Source of the DNA: Lytechinus pictus
Lineage: Eukaryota
DNA length: 64,000 nt
Direction of reading: 5' to 3'
Assembly: GCF_037042905.1 (NCBI RefSeq)
Contig: NC_087251.1
Location: forward strand, 15,068,001-15,132,000
Positions within the stretch are counted from its first letter, which is position 1, and the number at the start of each line of letters is the position of its first letter. A program made the position numbers and the translations under genes. This document shows, piece after piece, positions 36,401 through 50,013 of this stretch. The notes below the pieces were generated by a model that saw only the letters and a program-made list of their open reading frames with translations, was not told the origin of the DNA and did no database searches.

Positions 36401-38616
36401 TATGTGAAGAAAAAATCAAAACCACTCTACCATTTATTCAAACTCGGGGACTTATTCGTAATTCTTTGCAGCACTGCAGAGTTAAGTATTTTGAAATTGT
36501 AGAGATATTTTTAAAAATGATGAGAAAAATCAGCTCATACCCAGAGCTAATTAATCACCTGTTCATCCATTGTGACGTCAGCGCGCAGAGTGTAAACTAT
36601 GCGCAGATCATAATGCGCACAAACATAACATGGATGTGTCCTTTCATAATGATGGAAACAAACTGTGGTTTCTTTGAACTCTTCCAAATATGACTGTCCA
36701 AGTTCTCATTGCGACTTTCTTCTTTCTGGTAAAAACAATTCAAAAATGAGTATGAGTTCATCTACTATTATATCTATATTGTGATTAAATATACACTCTG
36801 GTGTATTTCATATATCGATTTGCTGAATTGCCTTTTTTTTTCTTTTTAATGTCCAATTATTACTTCAGAAGTGAAGAATAAAATGAGCTTATTCATAAGC
36901 TGGTAAATGTTGATTATTAATTAGTTTGAATGGGTAGTATAATTGCACAGGAAAATGCACAGATTGCAAGCAGTCTGCTTCAGATAGAGAGAGATATATA
37001 TATTTATAGAGAGAGAGAAAAAAAATTGACATATAAAGAAGGAGATACACATAACTTAACAGATGGGGGGGGTGTAAAAGAGAGCAACATTGAGAAGAAG
37101 GATAAAGGAGGGCTATTGATGTGTGAGTGTGTAAGAGAGGGAGTAAAATGGGACAGCACGAGAGAGAGGAAGTGAGATAAATAAATAAATGAGAGAGGGA
37201 GGAGAAAATCCAAGCTCTGATCTCACTCCAATCCAGGGGCAGATCCAGGATATTCCAAAAGATGGGGGGCACATTTTCCTTAGGATAATTTGACAAGAAC
37301 AAAAAAAGGGTATCGCTCAAAAATATATTTTTCCCCATGTAAAATTTGACCCCCCCCCCCCCCAAAAAAAAAAAATAGAGTCCTCACTTGTGTATGAACG
37401 ACATATTCCCATTAAAATATTTACTGTGATTCTCAAAAGTGGGGGCACACTTTTGTTGTATGAAAAACATCTTTAAATTAAAATATTGACTATGACTCAA
37501 GGGGGAGGCATGGGCCGGATGTGCCTCCCCCTCCCTTTTGAGAGTCATAATCAATATTTTGATTGCTCCAATATGGATCATTTGGCAATTTATTAACATT
37601 TTTGCTCCTTTGCAGTGTTAGTCAATAAAAACATGAACTATCAAATTAAATAACTTAGTATCATAAAATATAAATCTTTTAACTTTATTTTTTGTCCCTA
37701 CTCTATATTAATTCATGAAAAGGGCAGATAAAAGTATATTGTATTTTGCCAGGTACCATGTTAAATTACAGGTGAATTACAAAGTAAAAATGCTGAGATT
37801 TCCATCACATTATCTGATTTCATTAAATTTGATATTTTCATGATTTATGTTTCTTAACTAACTTTAAAAAGGGAGGAACCGATCTGTGATCAAAACTAGA
37901 CTCCAACAGAGAAGTGTCATAATTCAGAAATTTTATTTAAAAATTGTGGATAAAATTTGTCTTCATGTCAGGGGCGTAACAGGGATCGGTGGCCAGGGGG
38001 GGGGGGCAAGAGTAAAAAAAAAATCCCCGGTCATAATCATGGTATGAACAGGCAATGGTGTAATGAGGCAAAAGTTTTGAGGGGGCCAGATATAGCGTAT
38101 TGAGCAGAATTTATCTGAAAAAAAAGTTGCGACCAAACGAAGCGAGCGAGCAAAAATTCTGGCATTTTTATTACAGAAATCAATTTTTGTTTGACATAGT
38201 ATTCAAACAATGATATCATTTCAGAAAATGATATCATTTTCACCCTTCTCTCTTTCCTTGTTTTTTTTTGTCTGTACGCCACTGTGAACAGAATTTTTTA
38301 AAATTGTGCGCGAAGATCTATAGGCGTGAAGAGCAAAAAAATAAAATAAAAATAAAGAGGTGCACAGTATGACACATGTGCCAAAAAGATGCGTAATAAA
38401 AGTCCTGAGCAAACAAAGCAAGCGAAAAAATGAACCTTTTCATGAAAATCTAACTTTGAGGCAGAATCAGTAAACAGGCCCTAACATCATTTTGCACTTT
38501 TCCTTTGCTTTTCTTTCCTCTTTATCTTTATCTTTTTTTCTTTTTTAGTTGTTCTTGGTTGTATAAATTTTGAGGGCCATGGCCAAACCGCCAGTGCTAT
38601 GCGGGTGGGTTCAAGG

Positions 38617-40654
38617 CAGGGGCGTAACAGGGGTCGGTGGCCAGGGGGGCAAGAGCCAAAAATTTCCCGGTCATATCGTGGTATGAACAGGATTTTTTTA
38701 TGATTGTGCCCGAGCATTAGCTCAATGCGTGATAAGTACAAAAAAGAGGGGGCACAGCATGGCGCGTGCGGCAAAAAGTTGCTTAATATAAAGTCCCGAG
38801 TGAGCGAAGCGAGCGAGAAAAAAAATCACCTTTTCATGAGAATCTAACTTTGAGATTGATTTTGACATGGTATCCAGAAAATAACATCATATCTTACATC
38901 TTTCTTTCTTTTCATTTCCTTTCCTGATATCTTTTCGTTTTTGTTCTCGGTTGTAGAACTTTTGGGGGCCAGTGCTATGCGGATCGGGTCCTGGGAAATG
39001 GCGGCACCAGAATTTTTAACCTAGGGGAAGGCAAAAGAACATTTTTTTTTGGGGGGTGCAACACACATATACTTTGCCGATTTCACAAAATCGAGCGAGA
39101 AGCGCGAGCTAATTTTTTTCAATGTAGATCCTACTGACTTGAAAAAAGGACCTGTTAAGGACTAGCTGTTTGCATTGGGTCACGAAGATGATATCTCACC
39201 AAATAAATAATGCGATCGCGAAGCGCGAGCTAAATTTTTTTGATATCCTGAGACCTAGCTGAGATGATAACTGGACGTTTTAAGCACTTTTATGATCATG
39301 AACTGGATGGCTATCTAAGTAAACAATTGATGCGAGCTCGTAAAGCGAGCTGAAAATTTTTATTTATGAAAATTATGAATACGAAGGATGTGTATCTCGC
39401 TAAAACGAATAATGAAAATTATAATCGCGAGAAGCATATTGACTTGAACATTGGATTTTTAAGTCCCATGTGAACAAATACTTTACTTATCACAGTCAAC
39501 AGTTACTGCGAGCGCGTAGTGAGAGTGAAATTTTGAATTGTATGTAATGACCTGAAAGATTTATGTTAGTGACAAAAATTGTTGGGAGCTAACGGTGAAT
39601 GAGTGAGAAAATTTTCAAAATTTAAAGAACGAAAAAGCTGTTTTGAAGCACTTTGCAGCTTTAGGAGGATGGTGACTGCATTAACTATCTCCAAATTTGG
39701 GGGGGGGGGGGGGCAAGTGGGGGATCACTTTTGGGGCAAATGCCCCCCCCCCCCCCGTGCCTGTTGGTGCCGCCACTGGTCTGGGGCAGAAGCCCCCGGT
39801 ACCTCGTAATATTTTTATAATTGCAGATGGCCACTTTTTTTATCAAATCGCGGGTACATACACAACACACATAATAAACGAAATATTTTGAGGCACCACA
39901 ACATAGCAAATGTGAAAAAAAATGTAAAAATCGCCAGCGAGCCAGAGAAATTTGGCCTTTTATAATTATTTTGAAATTAAATTCTAATTAGCCAAAGTAA
40001 ACATTAAGAGGATTTTTACGGTAAATCTAGTCAGCGTAAAGCTTTACTTATAGATTAGGACATATAAGGAGATATAACTAGCCCTTGGCTAAGGATTTTT
40101 TTTGTCCTGATTGCGACCATTATTGCATAAAATTTAGCAAGCTTATAATAGACGCCATCCACCTTTCTCCCCGTTCTTTATGTTTTTCAATTCTCGGCAG
40201 CCAGTTCGTGTTTTTAAGTTCTTTTGTTTGTTTGTCCCTTTTCTTCATATTCTGATTTTCCAATTTAGCTTTTGCCTCTACATTCATTTCCCGTTTCTTT
40301 TTGCCCCTTTCTCCCATTTTCCTGCCATTCTTACCCGTGTCATCGAGTCATATCTTTTGATTTTATATTCCTCTCTTGCTTATCATGCTAATGTAAGGAA
40401 ATCTTGTACTTCCTCACATGTTCTTCGTTCCTTCCTTTTCCCGCTTTCCTTCTATTTCCCTATATGTTCTTTCTTTCTTTCCCTTTCTTTTCATTTTCCC
40501 CTTTCCCTGTCCCGTTTTCCCCTTTCCTCTTTTTCTTTCTTTCTATCTCTCTTTCTTTCTTTCTCCTTTTTCTCTTTCCCTTTTTTTTTTTTACTTTCCC
40601 GGTAAAATCCGCCGGGGGGGGGGGGGGGAGCTGCCCCCGCCTGTTACGCCACTG
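38617..40654. mobile_element. Middle hAT-like element (same family as outer)
   Basis: TIR CAGGGGCGTAACAG / CTGTTACGCCACTG. 8-bp TSD GTTCAAGG (38609-38616) / GTTCCAGG (40655-40662). Confidence 0.75.
38996..39778. mobile_element. Inner hAT-like element (different family, with gcgaagcgcgagc subrepeats)
   Basis: Ends AAATGGCGGCACCA / TGGTGCCGCCACTG. Flanks GTCCTGGG / GTCTGGGG. Confidence 0.65.
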
Positions 40655-41949
40655 GTTCCAGGGTGGAGCCCCTGGAACCTCTTGATATCAAAGCTTTTTT
40701 AAACCTTGCAGATTGCAGCTATTTTTAATCAAATCGCAGATATATACAGTATATATCTTTTACACAACACATTAAATGCAGTTGCGCAATGAAACAAATA
40801 TTTTTAGGGGATGCAACATAGCAATGTGGGAAAAAAAATTAAAATTCGCCAGCGAGCGAAGTGAGCCCGAAAGAAAATGGTCTTTTAAAATTAAATTCCA
40901 ATTGTTTAATTTTTTTTTACATTACATTCAGCAAATAACATATTTTATTGTTTTCCATTCATTTCATTACGTTGCCTCCTTTATATTTTCTTTATTTCCC
41001 CTTCGGTGTAGAACCAAGACCCCCTCCCCCTTGAGTATACGCCAGTGTTTGAACGTAAAGCTTAATGTAGGAAGGGTCCATACAAGGGGGGGGGGCGTTA
41101 TAGAGCCCTTTGAAGGTTACAGATGAAAAGCCCCTACTGCGTGGGGTATGGGGCAGAGCCCTCAGTCGCTTTGGACATGTTGGAATTAGCCGAAGTAAAC
41201 ATTAAGAGACTTTTTGATGGTAACTCTTTAGCGTATATAAATCACCTAGGTAGGGCATATAACAACAGGAGGATATTTCAAGCCTTTGGCTAAGGACATT
41301 TTTGTCCTGATTGGCGACCATTATTGCATAAAAGATAGCAAGCTTAATGTTAGGCCTATAATTGTGCAGTCCATCTTTCTTCCCGTCCTTTATTTTCAAT
41401 CATCGGCAGCCCGATTGTGTTATTATGTTCTTTTTTTTTGTTGTTCCTTTTCTTCGTTATCCAAATTAGCTGTTGGCTCATTTTATATATACGTACTACC
41501 TTAATTTTCCGCTTTTGTTTGCTATTTTGTCATTTTTTTAATTTATTTCCCTTTCTTACTATTAATCATGCTAATTAGTAGGCCTATTGCGGAATGATTT
41601 GTTTTTCCTCACATATGTTCTTCTTTCGTTCCTTTTCTTGCTTCCCTAATTCCGTTTTCCGTTTTTATGTTTTTTTAAAGATTCTGTTCACATTTTCCCC
41701 TTTTCCTTTCCTCCTTTCCTCTTCCCCCCTTCATTCCCCTTTCCCTTTCTTTCTCCTTCCCTTTTCTCTTTTTCCCGTTTTTTATTATTTTCCCGGTGAA
41801 ATCTGCCAGGCGGGGTAGGCTGCCCCCTGTTGCGCCACTGCCCCCAGGGCCAGGCCCAGGGGGGGGGTATTCTGAAAAGTCTCAGAAGTTTATGTCGTAA
41901 AATATAAATGCAAGATTTGCGTCTCAAACGCCCTTGTCGCAATTAATTA

Positions 41950-42683
41950 TCTTGCTTTTGACTACAGGTGGCGCTTGATGTTTTTTATTTCGTCGGATTG
42001 CACAATCTGTTGAACGTGCCCTTTTATGCTGCAGGCAAAATTAGTATGAGCGGTGCGCTCTGAGAAACATGCCCGATAGATTAGCGAGAGATGGTTGGCA
42101 GCAATTCGCTGAATTACAGCAACAGCAGTCACGTCACTGCGGTTTCCATGCATAACATTTGGCTGGAGTACACGGGGAGTACACGCAGGCATAGCGCAAA
42201 TTCCAATCATATTCCATCGGTCTCTCGATCAGACTGGACTCGGGGACAGTGGAGATGAAGGTGTAAGGAATATTCCAAGCTAATTCTGCCAAGTTCGAGG
42301 GATAAGCAGAAATCGGATAACCCCTGCACGTCTGCTTGTGAGCGATCTGGAGGGCTGTTGCGGGTTTGTTGATTTTTTTTCAGCTTCCATCGCTGCTTGT
42401 CGACGACATTTGGCCTGAAGGCCTGACTGGCCAGGCCGGTCGATTCCCAGTAATGTTAGTGCAACAAGCATCTATTTACATGTGAAAGGATTAGACCCTG
42501 ACCTAAACATCTACTTAAATCGGAACACCTGAAGACCTCGAGTGATTTTTAATCTGGAACACCCATAGCTGTTCGGTCGATGTTTGTACTCTTCGAGTTG
42601 GAGGACTAACTGTTAGGAATCTCTTGGTCTCCAATCCTATTTGACAACAACCTTGAGGAAATGTTATGTAACTGCATCTGATC
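41950..42683 (+). promoter_or_regulatory. CpG-rich promoter / 5' leader of the ryanodine receptor gene
   Basis: Unique CpG-rich stretch ahead of the ATG. CRE-like near-palindrome GCAGTCACGTCACTGC at 42125-42140. TSS not determinable. Confidence 0.45.
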
Positions 42684-42728
42684 ATGGCATCACAAGACGC
42701 GGAAGATGAGGTGTCTTTTCTGAGGACG
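42684..42728 (+). CDS. RYR: Ryanodine receptor, first coding exon (partial gene; remainder beyond the window)
   Basis: atcATGG context; MASQDAEDEVSFLRT followed by a phase-0 gtaaga donor. Matches the conserved RyR N-terminus (vertebrate EDEVQFLRT, insect DDVSFLRT) and the vertebrate first-exon boundary after FLRT. Confidence 0.85.
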
Positions 42729-42779
42729 GTAAGATATGAAAGGATCTGAATATGATGTATACAAATTATAAAACAAGGA

Positions 42780-43050
42780 GATGATGATGGTAAGGATGGT
42801 GGTGAGTGGTGGTGGTGGTGATGATGATGAGGAGGAGGATTGAGGAGCAAGAATGATGATGAGGATGATGAAGATAATGGTGGCCGGTTATGGTGGGGGG
42901 TGGGATGATGGTCATTGATGAATTATACACTGATGATGATGATGATGAAGATGATGGTAATGATAATAATGATGATGAAGATGATATATGATTTTGATGG
43001 TGGTGGTGGTGGTGATGATGTTGATGGTATTATGATGATGATGATGATGA
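42780..43050. repeat. (GAT/GGT)n low-complexity tract
   Basis: Direct reading. Confidence 0.85.
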
Positions 43051-45294
43051 TACACTCAATGACAATGTTGAGCAATAAAGATTATCATTTTGGAAGCAGC
43101 TTGTAATAGATCTTGTAATTTTATAATTTTGATGCATTAACCTTTTAATTGAACAGAATGACAACAAGAATTTGATAAATCACCAAATGTTAAAAATCAT
43201 GTCCATATTTTACACAGCCATTTTATTCAGTGCTTTCAATAGCATTTCATCATAATTACTGAAAAAATAAATGCAAAATTTACAATGAACCGAAATCTGT
43301 TACATACATGGAGTTGTGTGACTATCATGATAGTCTTAGTATTCAGGTGTGTCTGTAATTTAATCGTCTTAAAGAAAAATTAAATAGAAAGAAAGGAAAC
43401 TTGCAGTGTGCTTAACAGAGCTTAACTTCACACTGGAGCATTGCAGTCCCATGTACCCATGTTTGAGCTGTTTGATGCGACCTTTGTAGACCTTTGTCAT
43501 AAAAATACATGATTGTCACTGATTTATAATTTTACATCATATTTCCCTACCAAACTCATCCAGCACTGTACTCATCCCAATCTTTAGGGGGGAGGGGAGG
43601 GGATGTATTTCCAATGATGCATGCTATTAAAGCACCTTTGCTTGGTGCACAGTGTACAGTATTGTCGTCTCCCTTTGATAAAAACACGCGCTCAGTTTTA
43701 TAGTTCTTTGACCCACTTATGAACTTGAGTCGACAGTCTCTTTTCACAGACCTAGTTCATTCATTGGAATGTATTTAGTAATTGAATTTCATTGGTGTAT
43801 GATAGTCATTCAGCTTGAATATTAATGAGGGCTGTTCAGGAAAATCCATTTAAATCCACTTTCAATTTGTACATTGCCATACAAGCCATTATTTTACAAA
43901 GAATAATGCTGATCCTAATGTTGATAGTAATAATGATGATAACATTCCATAAAAAGGAATGATAATTATGATAATTGTGATAATTATGATGGTGATGAAA
44001 ATAATAATAGTAACTGATGGATTGATCTTCAAACTTACAAGGTATTTCAAAGTATTTTATAGGTCTATCTGAGTATCTGTGTCTTTCAATTATTGTCTTT
44101 CAAATTATGAATGTTATTGTTGTATTATTCTGCAATGAATGCCCCTGAGATTAATCTTTGAACTTTCACTCTATTGTACCACTATCACTGAGTCATGCAT
44201 GAATTGTTGATACAGACAAACATACCAAAGTACAGTAACAACAAGAAATTATATTTTATGTGATATTTCTTTTAATTCAAGATAGTATAAGTTCTTTTTT
44301 TATGATAATTTGTTTTGTTATCTTTAAGACATGAGATTTAAGGTACAAAGCACAGACCTTAAAGATATGCACGATTGAATAATAAATAGAACTTTAAATT
44401 TGAAGATAAAAAGGATGATTTGTCATTTCTGAAAACTAAGGATACTTCATGTAAGTCCTAACTCAACTTTGCTTGTTTACATGGTTTCTTGATAATGTTG
44501 AGACATGCCTAGACACAAAACATATGATTTATTTGTATCTCCCATATTCATCTTTATCAGTGCCAAATGGGGACTGTGTACCACCTATTCTCATAAAGGC
44601 TGATTTTGCTTGGTAATTCATATTTTGGTTTATTTTGATTTTATTGTGAAGATCATGAACAGTAAACATTGCACATAGGGAAGTATGATTTACATTGTAC
44701 TCTCTAGTAGTGAAGGGTTCAAAGGTTTTTTTTTTGTCTGAATAACAGTCTGATTCCTATTGATAGGAAATAATGAAGTCTCCACATTTTAGATTTTCAC
44801 TCATCAATTTCATATTGGTTAGCGATCCTAACTTAGGACTACAATGTAGGAGTATATAGATTGTGTATTAGAAAGTTTTATTGAAAGATATGATAAAGGT
44901 GCAAAGAGAAACCTCTGAAATGTATTTAGCTGCTTAATTTTCCCCAGTATGTTAACTGTTTTGTGGTATTTAAAAAGAATAAACAAAAGAGGGCCAGTAC
45001 TTGACAAAACTTATTATAATTTAATCAATAGTAAATCAAATTTGCTCTCAAAAACTTGAATCAATTGCTCAATATCAGTAGCCTAAAACAGAAGTCTGTG
45101 AGAACTTTGCAAAGAATTTGTCAAGTTACAAATAAAGCTAGATGAAATGTGAAGTTCAAACAGAGTGAGAGACGAATGTGGTATGAAACTAAGGAAATAT
45201 ATCAGGTACAGAAAATTGAAATAAGAATAAATTAGAAAAAGATGAGAGTGAAAGGAAGTGATTTATAATAATAAGTAGGCCTACTTATCATTAA

Positions 45295-45890
45295 AGGGGA
45301 ATCCAACCCAAATAAAAACTTGTTTTTATAAGAAAAAGAAAAATCAGACAAGTTGATAGGTGAAAGTTTGAACAATATTGGACAAACAACAAGAAAGTTA
45401 TGAATTTTTAAAAGTTGTAAATATTGGTAATCACTATACCCATGGAGACTTCAAATTGGCCGCATATGGGATGTCATAGTGATGTAAGGCAAGGACTACT
45501 CTTCCATGTACTCCAATACATATTATGGCTAAAATGTCATTTTCCCCAAAAGTTTTATTTCAAATTATATTTTTCTTTCATGAGGACATAAAACAATATA
45601 CTACCTGGGTTATATTTAGATTACTGCCCCAGGGGAAAGGGTACTTAGGAGAAAACCACAAATCCCTGATAATAAAGTACATGGCCTATGGAAAAGTTGT
45701 CCTTGCCCCTTGTCATAATTTACTTACATAGTTGCCAATTTGAAATCTACATACTATTAGTGATCTCAATTTTAAAGCAGCTATAACTTTCTTATTGCTT
45801 GTCCGGTTTCTTTCAAACTTTCACCATTCTGTTTAATTTATTTTTTTTCCTTCCCAACACAACATTTTGTGGCCAAGGCTGGATTCCCCT
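45295..45890. mobile_element. Kolobok-type MITE
   Basis: TTAA TSD (45291-45294, 45891-45894). TIR AGGGGAATCCAACC / GGCTGGATTCCCCT. Confidence 0.85.
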
Positions 45891-47755
45891 TTAACAATAG
45901 AAGAGGGAACAAGTAATTCAAGTACATGAGGAAGGAAACCCAGAAATGGAAATAATTTTGCTGATAAAACAATTAAAGTAACGAGGAAACTTCCAGTGTT
46001 GCAGTCAATGTTCAGATACCTAAGGCACCAGAGAGTACATAATCATTGTTTATTCATATTTGCTGTTTGCTTTTTAATGATATTTGACAGTACGAAGTTC
46101 AGTTAAAATTAAAGATGAACAGAGTAAAGCATTGAAGAGATATGAGTTTGTCTTCCATTTGATAACCATATTAAGGGATATCTTGTAAATCAAAAGTGAA
46201 ACTTGATTTTGTTTACACAATTTAGGATCTACAAGATATGTTTGCCAACAAAAGTAATCAAATATTGATTAACGCAATGAAATTAGAATGAAATATTGTG
46301 TGTCTGCACCGACATTTTTGCACTTTGTATGTATGCATGACAAATAATAAAGGAACCCTTGAAAAAATGAGGCAATATTTAATCTGAAGGGTTTTGGTAG
46401 ATGTATGTTTACATACATATCAAATTGTCCAACGTAAATCATTTTAAAAAGTTGCATGAACTCTTAGATTTGGCAAGCTAATCTGCCAAATCAAGACTAC
46501 ATGATTGTGTACTGGTATGTGTACCACTATTACTTAGAGGTATAGAGAGAGACAGAAAGAGAGAGAGAGAGAAAGAAGTAGAAACCTGTTTCACCCAGTG
46601 ACAAAGCACTATTCTTTTACTCAACGCATATTTCGTAATATAAATGTTTGATTATTGTCCATTGTTTGTTTAGTAGTACAGTACTGCAGAAAGATAGCTT
46701 GCTCAAACTTGTCTACCTTTAGTGTTTTGTGATCTTTATCAGTTCAGATTATATCAGTAATAAAATTATCCTTTTAGAGGTAATTTGCAAAATTATGTCA
46801 GAGAACTTTATTTAATAGATATATGTTAGAGTATTATATGACATGTTTTCTGATGGTTTTTGTTCATAGGTAAACCATGAAAGTGGTAGTAGTAGTAGTA
46901 TATTTGTAATAAACATTACTACTAGTACACTACACTGTACTACTACTACTTCTACTACAATGTAGTTTCAACCTATTCTGCTATTAACTTTTATACTGTA
47001 TAATTTATGTAACTTCTCCCTACCTACATTACTGTCACCTCTTTTCTAGTAAAATAAGATACGCAACGAACACAGACTTTACACATGCAATACATAGACA
47101 GATTTTCATTTTAAAATCCGACTCAAAATGGTGGGAAAATAATGAATTTAGGGCTTTTCATGTGACGACCTCAAAATGCAGCCTTTCTCATCCAAATCCT
47201 CGAATCGTGTGCAAAGTGAATGGGTGCGCAGACATGGGGTACCATTTTTTTTTTCAATCTGAAAATGACTGCCCAAGGTTTTTTCAAGAAAATCCTATAT
47301 TTTCTTTCATTTTTCAATGAGAAATTTGGTACACTTACTCATAATAATATAAGGAACATTATTAACTGAAAGATTTTGTGAAATAAGAAGAAATTAATAT
47401 TAAATCTTAACTCAAATCGTTAGGGGGGAAAAACTTGGGGCCCACCATCACAATTACAGAACAAGTTGAAGTACTATCATCAAGGTTATGCTGATCAATT
47501 TAACCAAAAATGTGGCCTAGTTCCCAGCCAATTTTTTAGTGATGGCAGAATTTGACTATCATCATCCATTCCATATCCAATATGTGTACACAGGATTATA
47601 GTGCTATACGCTGCACCACACTTAGTCGATATTATGACGGGTATATTAAGCTAGATGTAGTGGCAGGCAGCTCGTTGAGGATAATGTGATTAAAGTATAC
47701 ATCAGTCATTCACTTGATGAGTCCAGACTTGATGAGGGCACACTAGCATAGGGAT

Positions 47756-47769
47756 GTTGTCATGACAAC
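47756..47769. promoter_or_regulatory. Palindromic RFX X-box-like site in RyR intron 1
   Basis: GTTGTCATGACAAC, a perfect 14-bp palindrome fitting GTNRYC-AT-GRYAAC. Confidence 0.4.
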
Positions 47770-47929
47770 CAGACGCACACCATTCAGGTGAGCTGAGAAA
47801 AGCACTCCATCTAAATCCCACCTTTGGTCTGCGAGATCTAGATGTCTGATGAGTAGACACCTTTGGCTAAATTGAATCTATTTTTTCATCTTCATCATAT
47901 TCTTTCTGTCATTTTCCTATGCCTCTGCA

Positions 47930-48190
47930 CCTTACTTCTTCTACTACTACTTCTCCTTCCCCTTCTTCCTCTCCTTCTTTCCTTCTTCTCCTTCTCCCTC
48001 TCCTTCTTTTTATTTTTTTTGTCTTCTTCTTCGTCTTCTCCTCCTCCCCCTCCTCCTTCTTCTCCCCCTCCTTCTCCTCCTTCTTCATCGTCATCATCAT
48101 CATCATCATCTTCTTCTTCATCTTCTTCTTCAAGTTTCTTCTTCTTCCTCTTCTTCTTCACTTCTTCTTCTCCTCCTTTTCCTCTTCTTT
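47930..48190. repeat. (CTT/CCT/CAT)n polypyrimidine low-complexity tract
   Basis: Direct reading. Confidence 0.85.
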
Positions 48191-49943
48191 TATGTTTTCA
48201 TGTAAAAATCAAATTTTCAAGCTAACAAAAGTTAATTATTGACCCCTTAATAATATGCGTAAGCGTTGATAATTAAAGATACTGTGTGCTTGTAATCAAA
48301 GCCGTATTAGGGAAGTTAACAAATTGATGCACTCTAGGTTTGAGGTTTGATCCCTTGTCATGTCTTTTGGATGGTGAAGTTAAACGTGGTAGGACTCAGT
48401 CCCAGATGTTAATTATCATATATCTGACTGATACACGTCTGTAAAAAGACAAATGCGCTCATACATTGATTGTGTTTTTTAAATGTTGTTGTAGGTTTGA
48501 AGTGCACATTTACTTGCAAAAATATCCTAATTAGTTAATCAATGCATCATTTAGAAGGATTTGTATTTATTTGGTTTTTAATGCTGTATGAATGAAAAGT
48601 AAATGTAATGTATCTATTATAATAAAGGATTTGATTTTGAACCCCAAGATATCGAAACCAAAAAAAAATAGTATCTTAGCATTTTCTCCTGCTTAAGAAT
48701 GTGATTAGTGCCTGTAATGGATTATGGTGAGCTTTTTTCTTCAGATTTAGCAAATCATAAATAAAGGTACAATGTAAACCTACTGAAGCAGTGAAAATCA
48801 GATTACTTGACTTTATTATGCTCTCTACATGTAGAGAGTATGTGTACATGAAGTAGGGAAGTGATTTTAAAGAGGTAGAAGTGCCACAGAACTGATATAC
48901 CGGTAGATTGATTGATGTACAAAATGAAATTACAATAATTGAAGAAATATGGAATATATTTATATAGGCCTAATATACTTTTTACGGATGGGGATGGTAT
49001 GATAAAGAGATAAAGAATCAAACTTGCATTTAATAGGTGAATTGAGAAAGGGAAAGGACATGGAGGAATAAATATGACAGATGTACAAGTAGAATAGAAA
49101 GGGGAGGGGGGAGTGGGAGATAAGTTTACAGAGACAGGATTCGCAGGGGATTTGAAACAGGTAGACAGAAACTGGTGGAAAATTTTAGTATGGAAAGAGA
49201 GAAAATAGGAAAAATATCTATGAAATGTTATTGTGAAAATCTATCAGGGTTACTAGTACACCACTCTGATTGCATCACTCCAATAGAGTCTGTAGACTGG
49301 TTCTATGCATGGGATTGAATATGTAATTAAAGTGCACTGTATCAAATTGCTATACACATACACTTGTTGCTGTTTTTAATTATCAATAGTGCTGGGTAGA
49401 GGAAAAAACTAATTGTTAGTGCTGATTTGAAAACTGGCTAGCAGTAGCAAGCTACTTTGTAGTTGACATTTGGAGGTGCAATAAGCCTTTGTGAATTATT
49501 CATATTATAAGGTGCTTACCCTGACGGTTGTTTTTCATGTGTTATTCTTGAATGTTCGCTGAAGCAAATCTGAGGATTGACTTTGAATAAATGCATAAAT
49601 GCATACTGGTCAGAAATTGAATTTAACAACAAATTTGTGAAAGAAATTCTGTTTACTAACATGCCCCAAGTAAACTCCCAATTATTAATATTATACACCT
49701 TCTGGAAAACCTTATCACTTCAAAAAGTGACTGTTTGTATACTTTCTTATAATGTAAATTTTAGTAGAAGGATTCCTATTTTGTGGTTTATTGTATGTCC
49801 ATGATACCTGCATGATACTGCTTTTTGTATTATTAAGTTCGATGCGCCAAAAAATGTATTGTGCAGTCATGCATGGTCAAGGACCTTTTGTAAACTTCTG
49901 TGTAAGAACTGATACAATACACTGGCAACTATCCAGTCTTGCT

Positions 49944-50013
49944 TGCAAAAGGCAGGTTCTATTATTTCTAAAGTCATAAATGACTTTAGAAATAATAGAA
50001 CCTGCCTTTTGCA
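49944..50013. repeat. Perfect 70-bp inverted repeat (34-bp arms, AA spacer)
   Basis: TGCAAAAGGCAGGTTCTATTATTTCTAAAGTCAT-AA-ATGACTTTAGAAATAATAGAACCTGCCTTTTGCA. Confidence 0.95.

Larger units (their letters stand above)
37969..41840. mobile_element. Outer hAT-like element of a nested stack
   Basis: Termini CAGGGGCGTAACAG / CTGTTGCGCCACTG. Internal sequence homologous to the middle element. Outer TSD not recognisable. Confidence 0.6.

Noticed and set aside
42280..42850. Minus-strand ORFs 42280-42471 and 42515-42850 as a separate gene
   Set aside because: No recognisable domain; they are antisense to the RyR leader/exon 1 and to a GAT/GGT repeat.
47863..48242. Poly-Ser/Glu/Lys ORFs on both strands
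   Set aside because: Low-complexity CTT/CCT tract; no splice or homology support.
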